The position numbers and the translations under genes are program-made. A stretch of DNA of 14,861 nucleotides from contig JANMQV010000237.1 in NCBI GenBank assembly GCA_031370645.1, positions 1 through 14,861 of the forward strand, given 5' to 3'. Numbering within the stretch: position 1 is the first letter of the stretch; every line of letters starts with the position of its first letter. The notes below the pieces were generated by a model. That model worked only from the letters and a program-made list of their open reading frames with translations. It did no database searches and was not told where the DNA came from. Shown here piece by piece: positions 1 through 11,244 of this stretch. The stretch is from Candidatus Eiseniibacteriota bacterium. GTDB lineage: Bacteria > Eisenbacteria > RBG-16-71-46 > SZUA-252.

Positions 1-137
1 CGCACCTGAATCTTCGGGTTGTTCTGCGACAACACCATCGTGATCGCCGCCGTCAGCGTCGTCTTACCATGATCCACGTGGCCAATCGTCCCCACGTTGA
101 GATGCGGCTTCGTCCGCTCATATTTCTGCTTCGCCAT
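1..137 (-). CDS. tuf: Elongation factor Tu, 5' part (runs off the window edge)
   Basis: Not in the ORF track. Manual translation from ATG at 137-135 gives [45 protein letters not shown], with the EF-Tu P-loop [15 protein letters not shown] at 152-148. Lies downstream of fusA, as in the str operon. Confidence 0.98.
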   Translation of the reverse strand, partial: MAKQKYERTKPHLNVGTIGHVDHGKTTLTAAITMVLSQNNPKIQV

Positions 138-183
138 CGAAACGATCCCTCCAAGCGGCGCCGGCCCTAATCGGCCGCGGCGC

Positions 184-2265
184 TCAGCTTCCCTTTACTT
201 TAGCGACGATCAGTTCCGCCATCGCCGCCGGCATTTCCTCGTAACGCGAGAACTGCATCGAATAGACCGCGCGCCCCTGTGTGATCGACCGCAGACGCGT
301 CGAATAGCCGAACATCTCCGAGAGCGGAACCGAAGCCGCCACGACGCGCGCGTCGGAGCGCTGGAACATGCCCCCGATACGGCCCCGCCGCGAACTCAAG
401 TCGCCGATCACGTCGCCCATGTACTCCTCGGGCACCACCACCTCGACGTCCATGATCGGTTCGAGGAGCTTGGCGCCGGCACGAGCCGCCGCTTCCTTGA
501 ACGCGATCGAGCCGCAGATCTTGAAGGCCATTTCCGAGGAGTCGACCTCGTGGTACTGGCCGTCGATGAGGCTCACCTTGACGTCGACCACCGGATATCC
601 CGCGACGATTCCGTTTTCCATCGCCTCGAGGATTCCGCGCTCCACCGCGGGGATGTACTCGCGCGGAATGGCGCCACCCTTGATCTTGTTCTCCCAAATG
701 AAGCCCGATCCCGGCGGGACCGGCTCCACCATCAACGTGACGTCCGCGAACTGACCGCGACCGCCCGTCTGCTTCGAGAACCGCGTGCGCTGCTCGATCG
801 GCTTCGAAAGGGTCTCTTTGTAGGCGACCTGCGGCTTCCCGATGTTCGCCTGAACGCTGAACTCGCGGACCATGCGGTCGACGAGAATTTCGAGATGCAA
901 CTCGCCCATTCCCGAAATGAGGGTCTGGCCCGAGTCCTCGTCCGTCTTCACGCGGAACGTCGGATCCTCGTCCTGCAACTTGCCGAGCGCCGTCGCCATG
1001 CGCTCCTCGTCCGTCTTCGTCTTCGGCTCGATGGCGACCTGGATGACCGGCTCGGGGAAATGCATCTGCTCGAGGATGATCGGGTTTTCCTTGATGCAAA
1101 GCGTGTCGCCCGTGTGGACGTTCTTCAGTCCCACGGCCGCCGCGATCTCCCCACAGAAGACCTCTTCCCGGTCCTCGCGCTTATTGGCGTGCATCTCCAC
1201 GATTCGGCCGAGGCGCTCGCCCTGTTCCTTGTTCGCGTTATAGATGTGCGTGCCGGCCTTGATCTTCCCCGAGTAGACCCGGAAGAAGGTCAACTTGCCG
1301 ACGTACGGATCGGTCATGATCTTGAACGCCAGCGCCGCGAAATGCTCGTCGTCCGACACCTTCCGCTGCTCCGGCTCCAGCGTCTTGGGGTTCATCCCCG
1401 AGACGGGAGGCTTGTCGAGCGGCGACGGGAGGAACGCGACGACCGCGTCCAAAAGCTTCTGCACGCCCTTGTTCTTGAAGGCCGTGCCGCCCAGGACCGG
1501 AACCACCTTGCCGGCGAGCGTTCCCGCCCGAACCGCCCGGTGGATCATCTCGTGCGTGACTTCCTTGTTCTCGAGATACGCGTGCAGGAGTTGGTCGTCG
1601 TGCTCCGCGATCGATTCCAGCATATGGTGGCGGGCGTCGACCGCGGCCTTCATGAGGTCCCGCGGAATCTCATCCTCGGTGTACATCGCCCCGAGTTCCT
1701 CGGTGCTGTACGTGATCGCCTTCATGTCGACCAAGTCGATCATCCCGGTGTAGACGTCGCCGACGTAGATCGGATACTGGAGGGGCACGGCGCTCGCGCC
1801 GAGCCGCTGCCTCATCATGCTGACCACGTACGCGAAATCGGCGCCGACGCGATCGAGCTTGTTCACGAAAGCGATACGCGGGACGGTGTACTTGTCGGCC
1901 TGGCGCCAGACGGTCTCGGACTGCGGCTCCACACCGCCGACGCCGCAGAACACCGCGACCGCGCCGTCCAGAACGCGCAACGACCGCTCCACTTCGACCG
2001 TGAAGTCGACGTGGCCCGGCGTATCGATGATGTTGATCTGATGATCTTTCCAGAGACAGGTCGTGGCGGCCGAGGTGATCGTGATGCCCCGCTCGCGCTC
2101 CTGCTCCATCCAGTCCATGGTGGCGGCGCCATCATGAACTTCGCCCATGCGATGCACTTTCCCCGTGTAATAGAGGATGCGCTCGGTGAGCGTCGTCTTA
2201 CCGGCATCAATGTGAGCCATGATGCCGATATTTCGCATATGAGAAAGATCGTACAGCCGGGGCAC
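184..2265 (-). CDS. fusA: Elongation factor G (693 aa, GTG start)
   Basis: Motifs [43 protein letters not shown] and DSSEMAF. SD-like GGAG at 2275-2272. Located after rpsG. Confidence 0.99.
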   Translation of the reverse strand: MPRLYDLSHMRNIGIMAHIDAGKTTLTERILYYTGKVHRMGEVHDGAATMDWMEQERERGITITSAATTCLWKDHQINIIDTPGHVDFTVEVERSLRVLDGAVAVFCGVGGVEPQSETVWRQADKYTVPRIAFVNKLDRVGADFAYVVSMMRQRLGASAVPLQYPIYVGDVYTGMIDLVDMKAITYSTEELGAMYTEDEIPRDLMKAAVDARHHMLESIAEHDDQLLHAYLENKEVTHEMIHRAVRAGTLAGKVVPVLGGTAFKNKGVQKLLDAVVAFLPSPLDKPPVSGMNPKTLEPEQRKVSDDEHFAALAFKIMTDPYVGKLTFFRVYSGKIKAGTHIYNANKEQGERLGRIVEMHANKREDREEVFCGEIAAAVGLKNVHTGDTLCIKENPIILEQMHFPEPVIQVAIEPKTKTDEERMATALGKLQDEDPTFRVKTDEDSGQTLISGMGELHLEILVDRMVREFSVQANIGKPQVAYKETLSKPIEQRTRFSKQTGGRGQFADVTLMVEPVPPGSGFIWENKIKGGAIPREYIPAVERGILEAMENGIVAGYPVVDVKVSLIDGQYHEVDSSEMAFKICGSIAFKEAAARAGAKLLEPIMDVEVVVPEEYMGDVIGDLSSRRGRIGGMFQRSDARVVAASVPLSEMFGYSTRLRSITQGRAVYSMQFSRYEEMPAAMAELIVAKVKGS

Positions 2266-2289
2266 TTTCTACTCCGTTCTAACTCGCTG

Positions 2290-2760
2290 TTACCAGCGGT
2301 AGTGTGCGAATGCCTTATTGGCCTCCGCCATCTTGTGGGTATCTTCCCGCTTCTTCACGGCGCCGCCTTCGTTCTTGGAGGCGGCAAGCAGTTCAGCCGC
2401 AAGCCGTTCGGCCATCGTGTGATCCGGGCGACTGCGCGAATACTGAATGAGCCACCGAAGCGCGAGCGCGTTGCGCCGGTCCTGGCGAACTTCCACCGGG
2501 ACCTGGTACGTGGCGCCGCCGACGCGCCGAGACTTCACTTCGAGGATCGGCTTCACGTTGTTCAGCGCCGACTTCAGCACCGTCAACCCGTCGGTCCCCG
2601 ACTTCTTCTCGATCATGTCCATCGCGCCGTAGAAGATCCGCTCCGAGGTGCTCTTCTTCCCCGCGAGCATCAGGCAGTTGATGAAACGCGTCACCAGGAC
2701 GTTGTTGTAGCGGGCGTCCGGTTTCAACTCCCGCTTCTTGATATAGGCCGCACGACGCAT
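2290..2760 (-). CDS. rpsG: 30S ribosomal protein S7 (156 aa)
   Basis: Motifs [18 protein letters not shown] and [15 protein letters not shown]. Lies between rpsL and fusA. Confidence 0.99.
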   Translation of the reverse strand: MRRAAYIKKRELKPDARYNNVLVTRFINCLMLAGKKSTSERIFYGAMDMIEKKSGTDGLTVLKSALNNVKPILEVKSRRVGGATYQVPVEVRQDRRNALALRWLIQYSRSRPDHTMAERLAAELLAASKNEGGAVKKREDTHKMAEANKAFAHYRW

Positions 2761-2766
2761 GGCTCT

Positions 2767-3147
2767 TTATGAACCTTTCTTCTTACGCTTGGTCCCGTAC
2801 TTCGACCGGCTCTGGTTGCGGCCGTCCACGCCCGAGGCGTCCAGCGTGCCGCGAACAATGTGGTATCGAACGCCCGGCAGGTCCTTCACACGGCCCCCGC
2901 GGATCAGAACGATCGAGTGCTCCTGGAGATTGTGCCCCTCACCCGGAATGTAGGCGGTCACTTCGAAACCGTTCGTGAGACGAACGCGCGCGACCTTGCG
3001 GAGCGCCGAGTTCGGCTTCTTGGGCGTCGTCGTATAGACGCGGGTACAGACCCCGCGCTTTTGAGGAGCGTTCTTCAGAGCCGGGGACGCAGTCTTGGCT
3101 AGCTGCCGTTTGCGACCGAGGCGAACGAGTTGATTCAGGGTTGGCAC
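2767..3147 (-). CDS. rpsL: 30S ribosomal protein S12 (126 aa, GTG start)
   Basis: Motifs [21 protein letters not shown] and [12 protein letters not shown]. Both streptomycin-resistance hotspot lysines are intact. SD GGAG at 3159-3156. Confidence 0.99.
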   Translation of the reverse strand: MPTLNQLVRLGRKRQLAKTASPALKNAPQKRGVCTRVYTTTPKKPNSALRKVARVRLTNGFEVTAYIPGEGHNLQEHSIVLIRGGRVKDLPGVRYHIVRGTLDASGVDGRNQSRSKYGTKRKKKGS

Positions 3148-3190
3148 TTAAATGTCTCCATACCAATTGGTTCTGGGCGCAAAGAAACGG

Positions 3191-3220
3191 ATACTACGGA
3201 TTTCCCGCCCCTTGGGTCAA
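3191..3220 (-). promoter_or_regulatory. Putative sigma70-type promoter for the str operon
   Basis: Minus strand has TTGACC (3220-3215), an 18-nt spacer, then TAGTAT (3196-3191), upstream of rpsL. The -35 overlaps the rpoC TGA stop, and the adjacent upstream DNA is A-rich. Confidence 0.65.
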
Positions 3221-6200
3221 GCACTTTTTGCTTCTTCCTCATCACCAGTCGGTTTTTCCACTTCATCTTCATCAGCAGCAATAACTTCCAGCTGCTTGTA
3301 GCCCGCCATTCCGGTCCCTGCCGGGATGAGATGGCCGATGATGACGTTCTCCTTGAGGCCCCGCAGGTGGTCCGTCATCCCGAGAACCGAAGCCTCGGTG
3401 AGGACGCGCGTGGTTTCCTGGAACGACGCCGAGGAAATGAAGCTCTGCGTCGAGAGGGAAGCCTTCGTAATTCCAAGCAATAGCGGCTGATACGTCGCGG
3501 GCTGGCCGCCTTCGACCTCCACGCGACTCTGCTCCGCCTTGAGGGTCATCTTGTCGACCTGCTCGCCCTCGAGGAAGTTCGTATCGCCCGGATCGTCGAT
3601 GCGGACCTTCAACAGCATCTGCCGCACGATCGTTTCGATGTGCTTGTCGTCGATCCGCACGCCCTGGAGTCGGTAGACCTCCTGGATTTCGTTCACCAGG
3701 TATTCCTGTACCGCCTGGATTCCCTTGATCTTGAGCGTGTCGTGCGGATTCACGGGACCCTCGGTGAGGCGGTCGCCGGCATGGACGTAGTCGCCCTCCT
3801 GAACGTGGAGGTGCTTGCCCTGCGGGATCAGGTACTCCCGCGATTCGCCGGTCTCGGCCACGACCAAGAGCTTCTTCATCCCTCGGCTCACGCCGCCGAA
3901 CTCCACGCGGCCGTCGATTTCCGACACCGTCGAGGCGTCCTTAGGCTTCCGCGCTTCGAAGAGTTCCGACACGCGGGGCAGACCGCCCGTGATGTCGCGC
4001 GTCTTCGAGATTTCGCGGCGAATCTTCACGACCACTTCGCCCGCCGTCACGTCCTGGCCGTCCCGCACCAAGAGCCGCGCTCCGGTCGGAAGCGGATAGG
4101 AAGCGATGCGCTTCCCGCCCGGACTCACGATGTCGACGTGCGGATGGAGCACCTTCTCGCGGTCGTCGATGATGACCATGAGCCGAAGGCCCGTGTTCTC
4201 GTCGACTTCGTCGCGGACGGTGACCTTGTCCTTGATATCCACGAACCGCACGGTTCCCGCCTTCTCGGTGAGAATCGGCGTGTTGAACGTATCCCACTCG
4301 AACAGGTCGCTGCCCACGACGACGGGCGAGCCGTCCTTCACGTGGAGTGTCGAGCCGTAGGGCGGCGAGTAGCGGTGCCACACCTTGCCCGCGGCGTCCT
4401 GCAATTCGATCTGGCCCTTGTGGCCGACGACGACCAGCGATCCGTTGGTCCGCTCGACGACTTCCAGGTCGCGGAAAATGATCGACCCGGGGACCTTGGC
4501 CTTGATCCTCGACTGCTCGACGATGCGGCTCGCCGTACCGCCGATATGGAAGGTACGGAGCGTGAGCTGCGTGCCGGGCTCGCCGATCGACTGCGCCGCG
4601 ATGACACCGACCGCTTCGCCCAATTCCACCATGAGGCCGGTGGCGAGGTTACGGCCGTAGCACTTGGCGCAGACACCGCGCTTCGCTTCGCACTTGAGGA
4701 CCGAGCGGATGTGCACGTTTTCGATTCGGCCGCTCTCGTCGATCGCCAGGGCGCCGACTTCGTCGATCTCGCATCCGGCCTTCACGAGCACTTCGCTCGT
4801 GATCGGATCGACCACGTCTTCCACCACCACGCGGCCCAACACCCGGTCCGCGAGCGCCTGGATGATTTCTTCGCCTTCCTTCAAGGGACCGACCTCGATG
4901 CCGTTCACCGTTTCGCAGTCCGGGATGTTGACGATGACGTCCTGCGCCACGTCCACGAGGCGGCGGGTCAGGTAACCCGCGTCGGCCGTCTTCAAGGCCG
5001 TGTCCGCGAGACCCTTGCGGGCGCCGTGCGTCGAGACGAAGTACTCGAGCACCGTCAGCCCTTCCTTGAAATTATGAATAACCGGGGACTCGATGATTTC
5101 GCCGAGACCGCCGGTGATCTTCTTCTGAGGCTTCGCCATGAGGCCGCGCATGCCGGCCAGCTGGCGGATCTGCTCCTTCGTGCCGCGCGAACCCGAGTGC
5201 GCCATCATGAAGATCGGGTTGAAGCCGTCGCGATCCTTCGCCAGGCCGCTGAACGTCTCCTCTTCGACTTCCGTCGTCACGAGCGTCCAGGTGTTGATGA
5301 CCTGGTTGTAGCGCTCGCCGTCGGTGATGACGCGCTGCTGGTACTGACGGTTGATGCCCGCGACTTCCGCCTGCGCGCGGACGATGATCGCCTGCTTGGT
5401 CGGCGGAATCATGATGTCGTCGATACCGACCGTGATCCCCGCCTGCGTGGCGTAGGTGAAGCCGAGATTCTTCAGCGAGTCGAGCAGGACGGCCGTGACC
5501 TTGTTCCCCCGCTCGCGGTGGCAGTCGCCCACCAGTTTCTCCAGCGCCTTCTTGTCCATCTCCACGTTGGCGAACGGAATGCCGAGCGGCAGGAGCACTT
5601 CGTTGAAGAGCACGCGGCCGACGGTCGTTTCGTGACGCGCGCCTTCGATGCGAGCCACGATCATGTCGTGCAGGTTCGCCTGCTTGTGATCGTAGGCGGC
5701 CCGGACTTCGAGCGCCGTGCCGTAGAACTTCCGCTTTGCGCCCTTCGCCAGCGGGCGCGCCTTGGTCATGTAGTTACAGCCGAGCACGATGTCCTGGCTC
5801 GGCGTCGCGACCGGGCGTCCGTTCGACGGGAGCAGAATGTTGTTCGTCGAGAGCATGAGGGTGCGGCACTCGATCTGCGCCTCGAACGACAGCGGGACGT
5901 GAACGGCCATCTGATCGCCGTCGAAGTCCGCGTTGAAGGCCGAGCAGACCATCGGATGAATTCGGATGGCCTTTCCCTCGACCAGCACCGGCTCGAAAGC
6001 CTGGATCCCCAGGCGGTGGAGCGTCGGCGCGCGGTTCAGGAGCACCGGGTGCCCCTTGATGATGTCGCCGAGAATGTCCCACACCTCGGGACGCTCGCGC
6101 TCCACGAGGCGCTTCGCGCTCTTCACCGTCTGCACGAAGCCCTTGTCCTCGAGCTTCCGGATGATGAACGGCTTGAAGAGTTCGAGAGCCATGTTCTTCG

Positions 6201-7359
6201 GAAGGCCGCACTGGTGGAGCTTCAATTCCGGACCGACGACAATGACCGAACGGCCCGAGTAGTCCACGCGCTTTCCGAGGAGGTTCTGACGGAAGCGCCC
6301 CTGCTTGCCCTTCAGCATGTCGCTCAGGGACTTGAGCGGACGGTTTCCCTGTCCGCGGACGGCGCGGCTCCGCCGGCCGTTGTCGAACAGAGCGTCCACC
6401 GCTTCCTGGAGCATCCTCTTCTCGTTCCGGAGAATGACTTCCGGTGCGCGGATATCCATGAGCTTCTTCAGACGATTGTTGCGATTGATGACGCGCCGGT
6501 AGAGATCGTTCAAGTCCGACGTGGCGAAACGTCCGCCTTCGAGCGGAACGAGCGGCCGGAGATCGGGCGGCAGCACCGGGACGACGTTCAGAATCATCCA
6601 CTCGGGCCGGTTCCCGCTCTGACGGAACGCCTCGACGATTCGGAGACGCTTCAGCGTTTCCTTCTTACGCTGGACCGAGTTCTCGATCTTCGCGATGGCG
6701 CGAAGTTCGGCCGAGAGCTCGTCGAGATCGATCTCGGTGAGGAGGTCGCGAATCGCTTCCGCGCCCATCTTCGCCCCGAACGAAATCGACTCGTCCTGCG
6801 TCAGTTCGTAGTATTCGTCTTCCGAGAGCAACTGCTTCTTCTTCAAGCCGCTCGTCCCCGGTTCCAGGACGACGTACGACTCGTAGTAGAGCACGCGCTC
6901 CAGGTCGCGGATCGACATGTCGAGGAGATGCCCGATGCGGCTCGGCACCGCCTTGAAGAACCAGATGTGCGACACGGGGACGGCCAGATTGATGTGGCCG
7001 AGCCGCTCGCGGCGCACCTTCGCCTGCGTCACTTCCACGCCGCAGCGGTCGCAAATGACGCCGCGGTAGCGGATGCGCTTGTATTTACCGCACGAACATT
7101 CCCAGTCCTTCACGGGACCAAAGATCTTCTCGCAGAAAAGCCCGTCGCGTTCCGGCTTGAACGAGCGATAGTTGATCGTCTCCGGCTTCGTTACTTCGCC
7201 GTGCGACCACGACCGCATCGTCTCCGGGGAGGTCAGCATGATGCGAATCGAGTTGAACGGGACCCGACGCCGCATGAAGTCGCGGTCGTCCGGGCGCGTC
7301 AACGAGAAGCGCTGCCGCTCCGTCGCGAGAGGGGACTTAATTCCGAACAGTTCCTGCAT
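3217..7359 (-). CDS. rpoC: DNA-directed RNA polymerase beta' subunit (1380 aa)
   Basis: N-terminal Zn finger (CSCGKYK...CDRC), catalytic [23 protein letters not shown], bridge helix ([14 protein letters not shown]), trigger loop (QLTLRTFH) with an SI3/beta'i6-type insert. SD AGGAGG at 7375-7370. Confidence 0.99.
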   Translation of the reverse strand: MQELFGIKSPLATERQRFSLTRPDDRDFMRRRVPFNSIRIMLTSPETMRSWSHGEVTKPETINYRSFKPERDGLFCEKIFGPVKDWECSCGKYKRIRYRGVICDRCGVEVTQAKVRRERLGHINLAVPVSHIWFFKAVPSRIGHLLDMSIRDLERVLYYESYVVLEPGTSGLKKKQLLSEDEYYELTQDESISFGAKMGAEAIRDLLTEIDLDELSAELRAIAKIENSVQRKKETLKRLRIVEAFRQSGNRPEWMILNVVPVLPPDLRPLVPLEGGRFATSDLNDLYRRVINRNNRLKKLMDIRAPEVILRNEKRMLQEAVDALFDNGRRSRAVRGQGNRPLKSLSDMLKGKQGRFRQNLLGKRVDYSGRSVIVVGPELKLHQCGLPKNMALELFKPFIIRKLEDKGFVQTVKSAKRLVERERPEVWDILGDIIKGHPVLLNRAPTLHRLGIQAFEPVLVEGKAIRIHPMVCSAFNADFDGDQMAVHVPLSFEAQIECRTLMLSTNNILLPSNGRPVATPSQDIVLGCNYMTKARPLAKGAKRKFYGTALEVRAAYDHKQANLHDMIVARIEGARHETTVGRVLFNEVLLPLGIPFANVEMDKKALEKLVGDCHRERGNKVTAVLLDSLKNLGFTYATQAGITVGIDDIMIPPTKQAIIVRAQAEVAGINRQYQQRVITDGERYNQVINTWTLVTTEVEEETFSGLAKDRDGFNPIFMMAHSGSRGTKEQIRQLAGMRGLMAKPQKKITGGLGEIIESPVIHNFKEGLTVLEYFVSTHGARKGLADTALKTADAGYLTRRLVDVAQDVIVNIPDCETVNGIEVGPLKEGEEIIQALADRVLGRVVVEDVVDPITSEVLVKAGCEIDEVGALAIDESGRIENVHIRSVLKCEAKRGVCAKCYGRNLATGLMVELGEAVGVIAAQSIGEPGTQLTLRTFHIGGTASRIVEQSRIKAKVPGSIIFRDLEVVERTNGSLVVVGHKGQIELQDAAGKVWHRYSPPYGSTLHVKDGSPVVVGSDLFEWDTFNTPILTEKAGTVRFVDIKDKVTVRDEVDENTGLRLMVIIDDREKVLHPHVDIVSPGGKRIASYPLPTGARLLVRDGQDVTAGEVVVKIRREISKTRDITGGLPRVSELFEARKPKDASTVSEIDGRVEFGGVSRGMKKLLVVAETGESREYLIPQGKHLHVQEGDYVHAGDRLTEGPVNPHDTLKIKGIQAVQEYLVNEIQEVYRLQGVRIDDKHIETIVRQMLLKVRIDDPGDTNFLEGEQVDKMTLKAEQSRVEVEGGQPATYQPLLLGITKASLSTQSFISSASFQETTRVLTEASVLGMTDHLRGLKENVIIGHLIPAGTGMAGYKQLEVIAADEDEVEKPTGDEEEAKSA

Positions 7360-7383
7360 GGTTGCTATGCCTCCTCGGCTGGC

Positions 7384-10300
7384 TTAGGGCTCGTCGCGAA
7401 GCTGCACGTCCAAACAGAGGCTCTGAAGTTCCTTCACGAGTACGTTGAAGGACTCCGGCGTGCTCGGCTCGGGCGGGTTCTCGCCCTTCACGATCGCTTC
7501 GTAAATCCGCGACCGCCCCGTTACGTCGTCCGACTTGACCGTCAGGAGTTCCTGCAAGGTATAGGCAGCCCCGTACGCCTCGAGCGCCCAGACCTCCATT
7601 TCACCGAAGCGCTGTCCGCCGAACTGCGCCTTACCGCCCAGCGGCTGCTGGGTGACGAGCGAGTACGGACCGATGGACCGCGCGTGGATCTTGTCGTCGA
7701 CCAAGTGCGACAGCTTCATCATGTAAATGAAACCGATCGTGATTCGCTGATCGAACGACTCGCCGGTCCGGCCGTCGAAGAGGACCGACTTGCCGTCTTC
7801 CGGAAGGTTCGAGTCTTTCAGGCAACGCTTGATCTCATCGACCGTGGCGCCGGCGAAAACCGGCGTCGCGACGGTGGTGCCGAGCGCTTGCGCGGCCCAC
7901 CCGAGATGCGTTTCCAGCACCTGACCGATGTTCATACGCGACGGCACGCCGAGCGGATTGAGCACCATGTCCACCGGGGTTCCGTCGGGGAGGTACGGCA
8001 TGTCCTCCTCGGGCATGATCTTCGCGACGACGCCCTTGTTGCCGTGGCGTCCCGCCATCTTGTCGCCGACCGAGAGCTTTCGCTTCTTGGCGACGTAGAC
8101 CTTCACGAGCTTGACCACGCCGGGGGGAAGTTCGTCCCCGCGCGTAACCTTCTCGATTTCCTTCTCGAGATTCTTCTCCACCCGGTCGAGCGCGCGCGCG
8201 GCCCCTTCCATGAGATTCCAGAAGCGGTCGTTCACGGCGTCGTCGCGGGTGACCGCGGTGCGGTACGGAACCGAGTCGAGTTCCGCCGAGGCCAGGAACT
8301 CCTCGTCGATCTTCTTCCCGGAACGCGCCGTCGCCTCTTCGCCCTCGACCCACTTGTTCACGTATTCCCCGACGAGGATCTTGGCGACCTCGGCGGCGCG
8401 GGTCTCGAGCACGCGGTCCTTGTCCTTCTTCGCGTTCCGGCGAAGACGGTCGATCTTCTTCTTCTCCTGCTTTTTCGTCGTCTCGTCCTTCTCCCGGCGG
8501 CTGAAGACCTTCGTGTCGATGACCACGCCGTCCATGCCGGGGGGCGCCTTGAGCGAGGCGTCGCGGACGTCGCCCGCCTTCTCGCCGAAGATCGCCCGGA
8601 GGAGCCGCTCTTCCGGAGTCAGATCCGTCTCGCCCTTCGGCGTGACCTTTCCGACCAGGATGTCGCCCGCCTTCACCCGGGCGCCGATCCGCACGATTCC
8701 TTCCTCATCGAGGTTCTTCACCGACTCCTCGCTGACGTTCGGAATTTCGCGCGTGATTTCCTCGGCGCCGCGCTTGGTGTCGCGGACTTGAAGCTCGAAC
8801 TCCTCGATGTGAATCGAGGTGAAACGGTCGTCCTTGATCAAATGCTCCGAGACCAGGATGGCGTCCTCGAAGTTGTAGCCGCCCCACGGCATGAACGCGA
8901 CGAGCACGTTCGCGCCGAGCGCCAGTTCGCCGTGCCGCGTCGCGGCGCCGTCAGCGAGGAGCTGGCCCTTCTTCACCCGGTCGCCTTCGGCGACGGTCGG
9001 GCGCTGGTTGAGGCAGGTATCCTGATTCGAACGCTTGAACTTCGTCAGTTTGTAGAGATCGACGCCCGCCAATTCGGAGTAGTCGACCGCGTGGGCCTTC
9101 CCGTCCGGCTGGTCGTAGCGGACCCAGATCTGATCGCCGGCCACCGACTCGACGACGCCCGCCCGCTTCGCGAGCACGAGCGCGCCGGAATCCTCGGCGA
9201 CCTTCCCTTCCAGACCGGTTCCCACCAGGGGCGCTTCCGTGAAGAGGAGCGGCACCGCCTGGCGCTGCATGTTGGAGCCCATGAGGGCGCGGTTGGCGTC
9301 GTCATGCTCCAGGAACGGAATCAGCGCCGCCGCCGGTGAAACCAGCTGAATCGGCGAGATGTCCATGTAGTGGATGTCCTTCGTCTCGGCCAACGGGAAT
9401 TCGCCGCGCTCTCGGACGATTTCCGCCGAGCGGAACTTCCCGTCGCTGTCCATCTGAGCGTTCGCCTGCGCGATCTTGTACTGATCCTCGACGTCCGCCG
9501 AAAGGAAGTGGACCTGCTTGCGGTCCACCTTCGAATTCTCCACCTTGCGGTACGGCGTTTCGAGGAAGCCGAGGTCGTTCACTCGCGCGTACGTGGCGAG
9601 TGACGAGATGAGTCCGATGTTCGGCCCTTCGGGCGTCTCGATCGGGCACATGCGGCCGTAGTGGGTGTAATGAACGTCGCGAACCTCGAAGCCCGCGCGA
9701 TCGCGCGTGAGCCCGCCCGGCCCGAGGGCCGAGAGACGCGGCTTGTGCGTCAGTTCCGCGAGCGGATTCGTCTTATCCATGAACTGCGACAGCTGGCTCG
9801 AACCGAAGAAGCTCTGAATCACCGCGGAGATCGTCCGCGCGTTGATCAGGTCGTACGGCGTCACCTGCTCGACGTCCTGGAGCGTCATCCGCTCCCGGAT
9901 GATCCGGGCCATGCGCGCGAGACCGACATTGAACTGGTTGCCGAGGAGTTCGCCCACCGCTCGCACCCGGCGATTGCCGAGATGGTCGATGTCGTCGGTC
10001 GAAACCGTGAGTCCCACCACTTCCACGCCGAGGCGCAGGTAGGTGAGGTAGTTCACGATGACGAGGAAGTCCTCGGGTCCGAGCGTCGTCTGGCTGTCGT
10101 CCGGCACCGCCAGACCGAGCCGCTTCCGCTTCTCCTTCGTACCCAAGAGCACGTCGTGCGGAAGCTTCCGGTTCAGCTTGTAACGGCCGACCTTCGCCAG
10201 GTCGTAACGCTTCGGATTGAAGAAGAGCTTCTTCAAGATGTCGCGCGCGGTGTCCGCCCGCGGTGGCTCGCCCGGCCGGAGGAGGTTGTAGATGCGCGTG

Positions 10301-11244
10301 AGCGCCTCTTCCTCGGTCTTGGTCGAGTCCTTCTTCAGCGTGTTGCGGAGGATGTCCGCTTCGTCGCGGTGATGGATCACGAAGGTCTTCACCGTCGTGA
10401 AACCGGCGCGCCGCAGGCCTTCGATGCGCTCCATCGTTAGGAGCTCATTGGCCTCCAGCAGGACTTCGCCCGTCTTCTCGTCCACCACGTCCTCGGCCGA
10501 AACCTTGCCGAGCGCGTCGGGCTCCTTCTTGGAGCGCGCGCCGCCGATCTCCTCTTCCTCCATTTCGTAGAAGAGTCCGAGGATCTCGCGGTCGGAAACG
10601 TAACCGAGGGCCTTCAGAAGGACCGTGACCGGGAGCTTCCGCTTCCGGTCGATGTGAACGTACATGATGTCGTTCACGTCGAGGCTGAACTCCACCCACG
10701 AACCGCGATACGGAATGATGCGGGCCGTGAAGAGCTTCTTGCCGCTCGGGTGAATCGATTCGTCGAAGAAGACGCCCGGCGACCGGTGGAGCTGGCTCAC
10801 GATCACACGCTCGGCGCCGTTGATGATGAACGTCCCCTTGTCCGTGATGATGGGGAGCTCGCCGAGGTAGACCTCCTGCTCGATGATGCTCTTGTCCTTC
10901 TTCCCCTCCTCGGAGTCCTCGCGGACACGGAGGCGGAGGGTCGCCTTGAGGGGGACCGAGAACGTCAGATCCCGCTCCTGGCACTCGTCGACGGAATACT
11001 TGGGATCGCCGAGATCGAAACGAACGAACTCGAGCGAGAACGTCTCCCTGGGATCGCTGATCGGGAAGACGCTCGTAAAGACCTCCTGAAGCCCTTCGTT
11101 CCGGCGCTTCGCGGGGTCCGTGTCGGCCTGCAGGAAATTACGGAACGAATCCAGCTGGACGTCGAGCAGGTTCGGGATCTGAAGATCCCATTCCCGGTCG
11201 ATCTTGCTGAAGCTCCGTCGCTCCTTGGCGCGCTGGTTTTTCAC
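7384..11244 (-). CDS. rpoB: DNA-directed RNA polymerase beta subunit (1286 aa, GTG start)
   Basis: Motifs [60 protein letters not shown] and [16 protein letters not shown]-like AGGGTGG at 11258-11252. Confidence 0.99.
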   Translation of the reverse strand: MKNQRAKERRSFSKIDREWDLQIPNLLDVQLDSFRNFLQADTDPAKRRNEGLQEVFTSVFPISDPRETFSLEFVRFDLGDPKYSVDECQERDLTFSVPLKATLRLRVREDSEEGKKDKSIIEQEVYLGELPIITDKGTFIINGAERVIVSQLHRSPGVFFDESIHPSGKKLFTARIIPYRGSWVEFSLDVNDIMYVHIDRKRKLPVTVLLKALGYVSDREILGLFYEMEEEEIGGARSKKEPDALGKVSAEDVVDEKTGEVLLEANELLTMERIEGLRRAGFTTVKTFVIHHRDEADILRNTLKKDSTKTEEEALTRIYNLLRPGEPPRADTARDILKKLFFNPKRYDLAKVGRYKLNRKLPHDVLLGTKEKRKRLGLAVPDDSQTTLGPEDFLVIVNYLTYLRLGVEVVGLTVSTDDIDHLGNRRVRAVGELLGNQFNVGLARMARIIRERMTLQDVEQVTPYDLINARTISAVIQSFFGSSQLSQFMDKTNPLAELTHKPRLSALGPGGLTRDRAGFEVRDVHYTHYGRMCPIETPEGPNIGLISSLATYARVNDLGFLETPYRKVENSKVDRKQVHFLSADVEDQYKIAQANAQMDSDGKFRSAEIVRERGEFPLAETKDIHYMDISPIQLVSPAAALIPFLEHDDANRALMGSNMQRQAVPLLFTEAPLVGTGLEGKVAEDSGALVLAKRAGVVESVAGDQIWVRYDQPDGKAHAVDYSELAGVDLYKLTKFKRSNQDTCLNQRPTVAEGDRVKKGQLLADGAATRHGELALGANVLVAFMPWGGYNFEDAILVSEHLIKDDRFTSIHIEEFELQVRDTKRGAEEITREIPNVSEESVKNLDEEGIVRIGARVKAGDILVGKVTPKGETDLTPEERLLRAIFGEKAGDVRDASLKAPPGMDGVVIDTKVFSRREKDETTKKQEKKKIDRLRRNAKKDKDRVLETRAAEVAKILVGEYVNKWVEGEEATARSGKKIDEEFLASAELDSVPYRTAVTRDDAVNDRFWNLMEGAARALDRVEKNLEKEIEKVTRGDELPPGVVKLVKVYVAKKRKLSVGDKMAGRHGNKGVVAKIMPEEDMPYLPDGTPVDMVLNPLGVPSRMNIGQVLETHLGWAAQALGTTVATPVFAGATVDEIKRCLKDSNLPEDGKSVLFDGRTGESFDQRITIGFIYMMKLSHLVDDKIHARSIGPYSLVTQQPLGGKAQFGGQRFGEMEVWALEAYGAAYTLQELLTVKSDDVTGRSRIYEAIVKGENPPEPSTPESFNVLVKELQSLCLDVQLRDEP

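Noticed and set aside
97..2772. 891-aa plus-strand ORF
   Set aside because: In-register antisense shadow of fusA and rpsG, by the same mechanism. No recognisable domain.
3990..4535. Roughly 180-aa insert in the RpoC trigger loop as a possible intein or novel domain
   Set aside because: Position and size fit the known SI3/beta'i6 sandwich-barrel hybrid insertion. There are no intein terminal motifs (such as C-terminal HN followed by C/S/T) and no homing-endonuclease motifs.
5066..5083. Small AT-rich patches inside rpoC (GTT ATT CAT AAT here; CTA TTG CTT GGA ATT near 3470-3484) as internal promoters
   Set aside because: I found no properly spaced -35/-10 pair by eye. The patches are too short to distinguish from codon noise.
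3640..9339. 1899-aa plus-strand ORF
   Set aside because: It is the in-register antisense shadow of rpoC/rpoB. GC-rich codon usage rarely uses TTA, CTA or TCA, so the opposite strand lacks stops. It crosses the junction only because rpoB and rpoC are in frame. It is Arg/His/Leu-rich with no recognisable motif.
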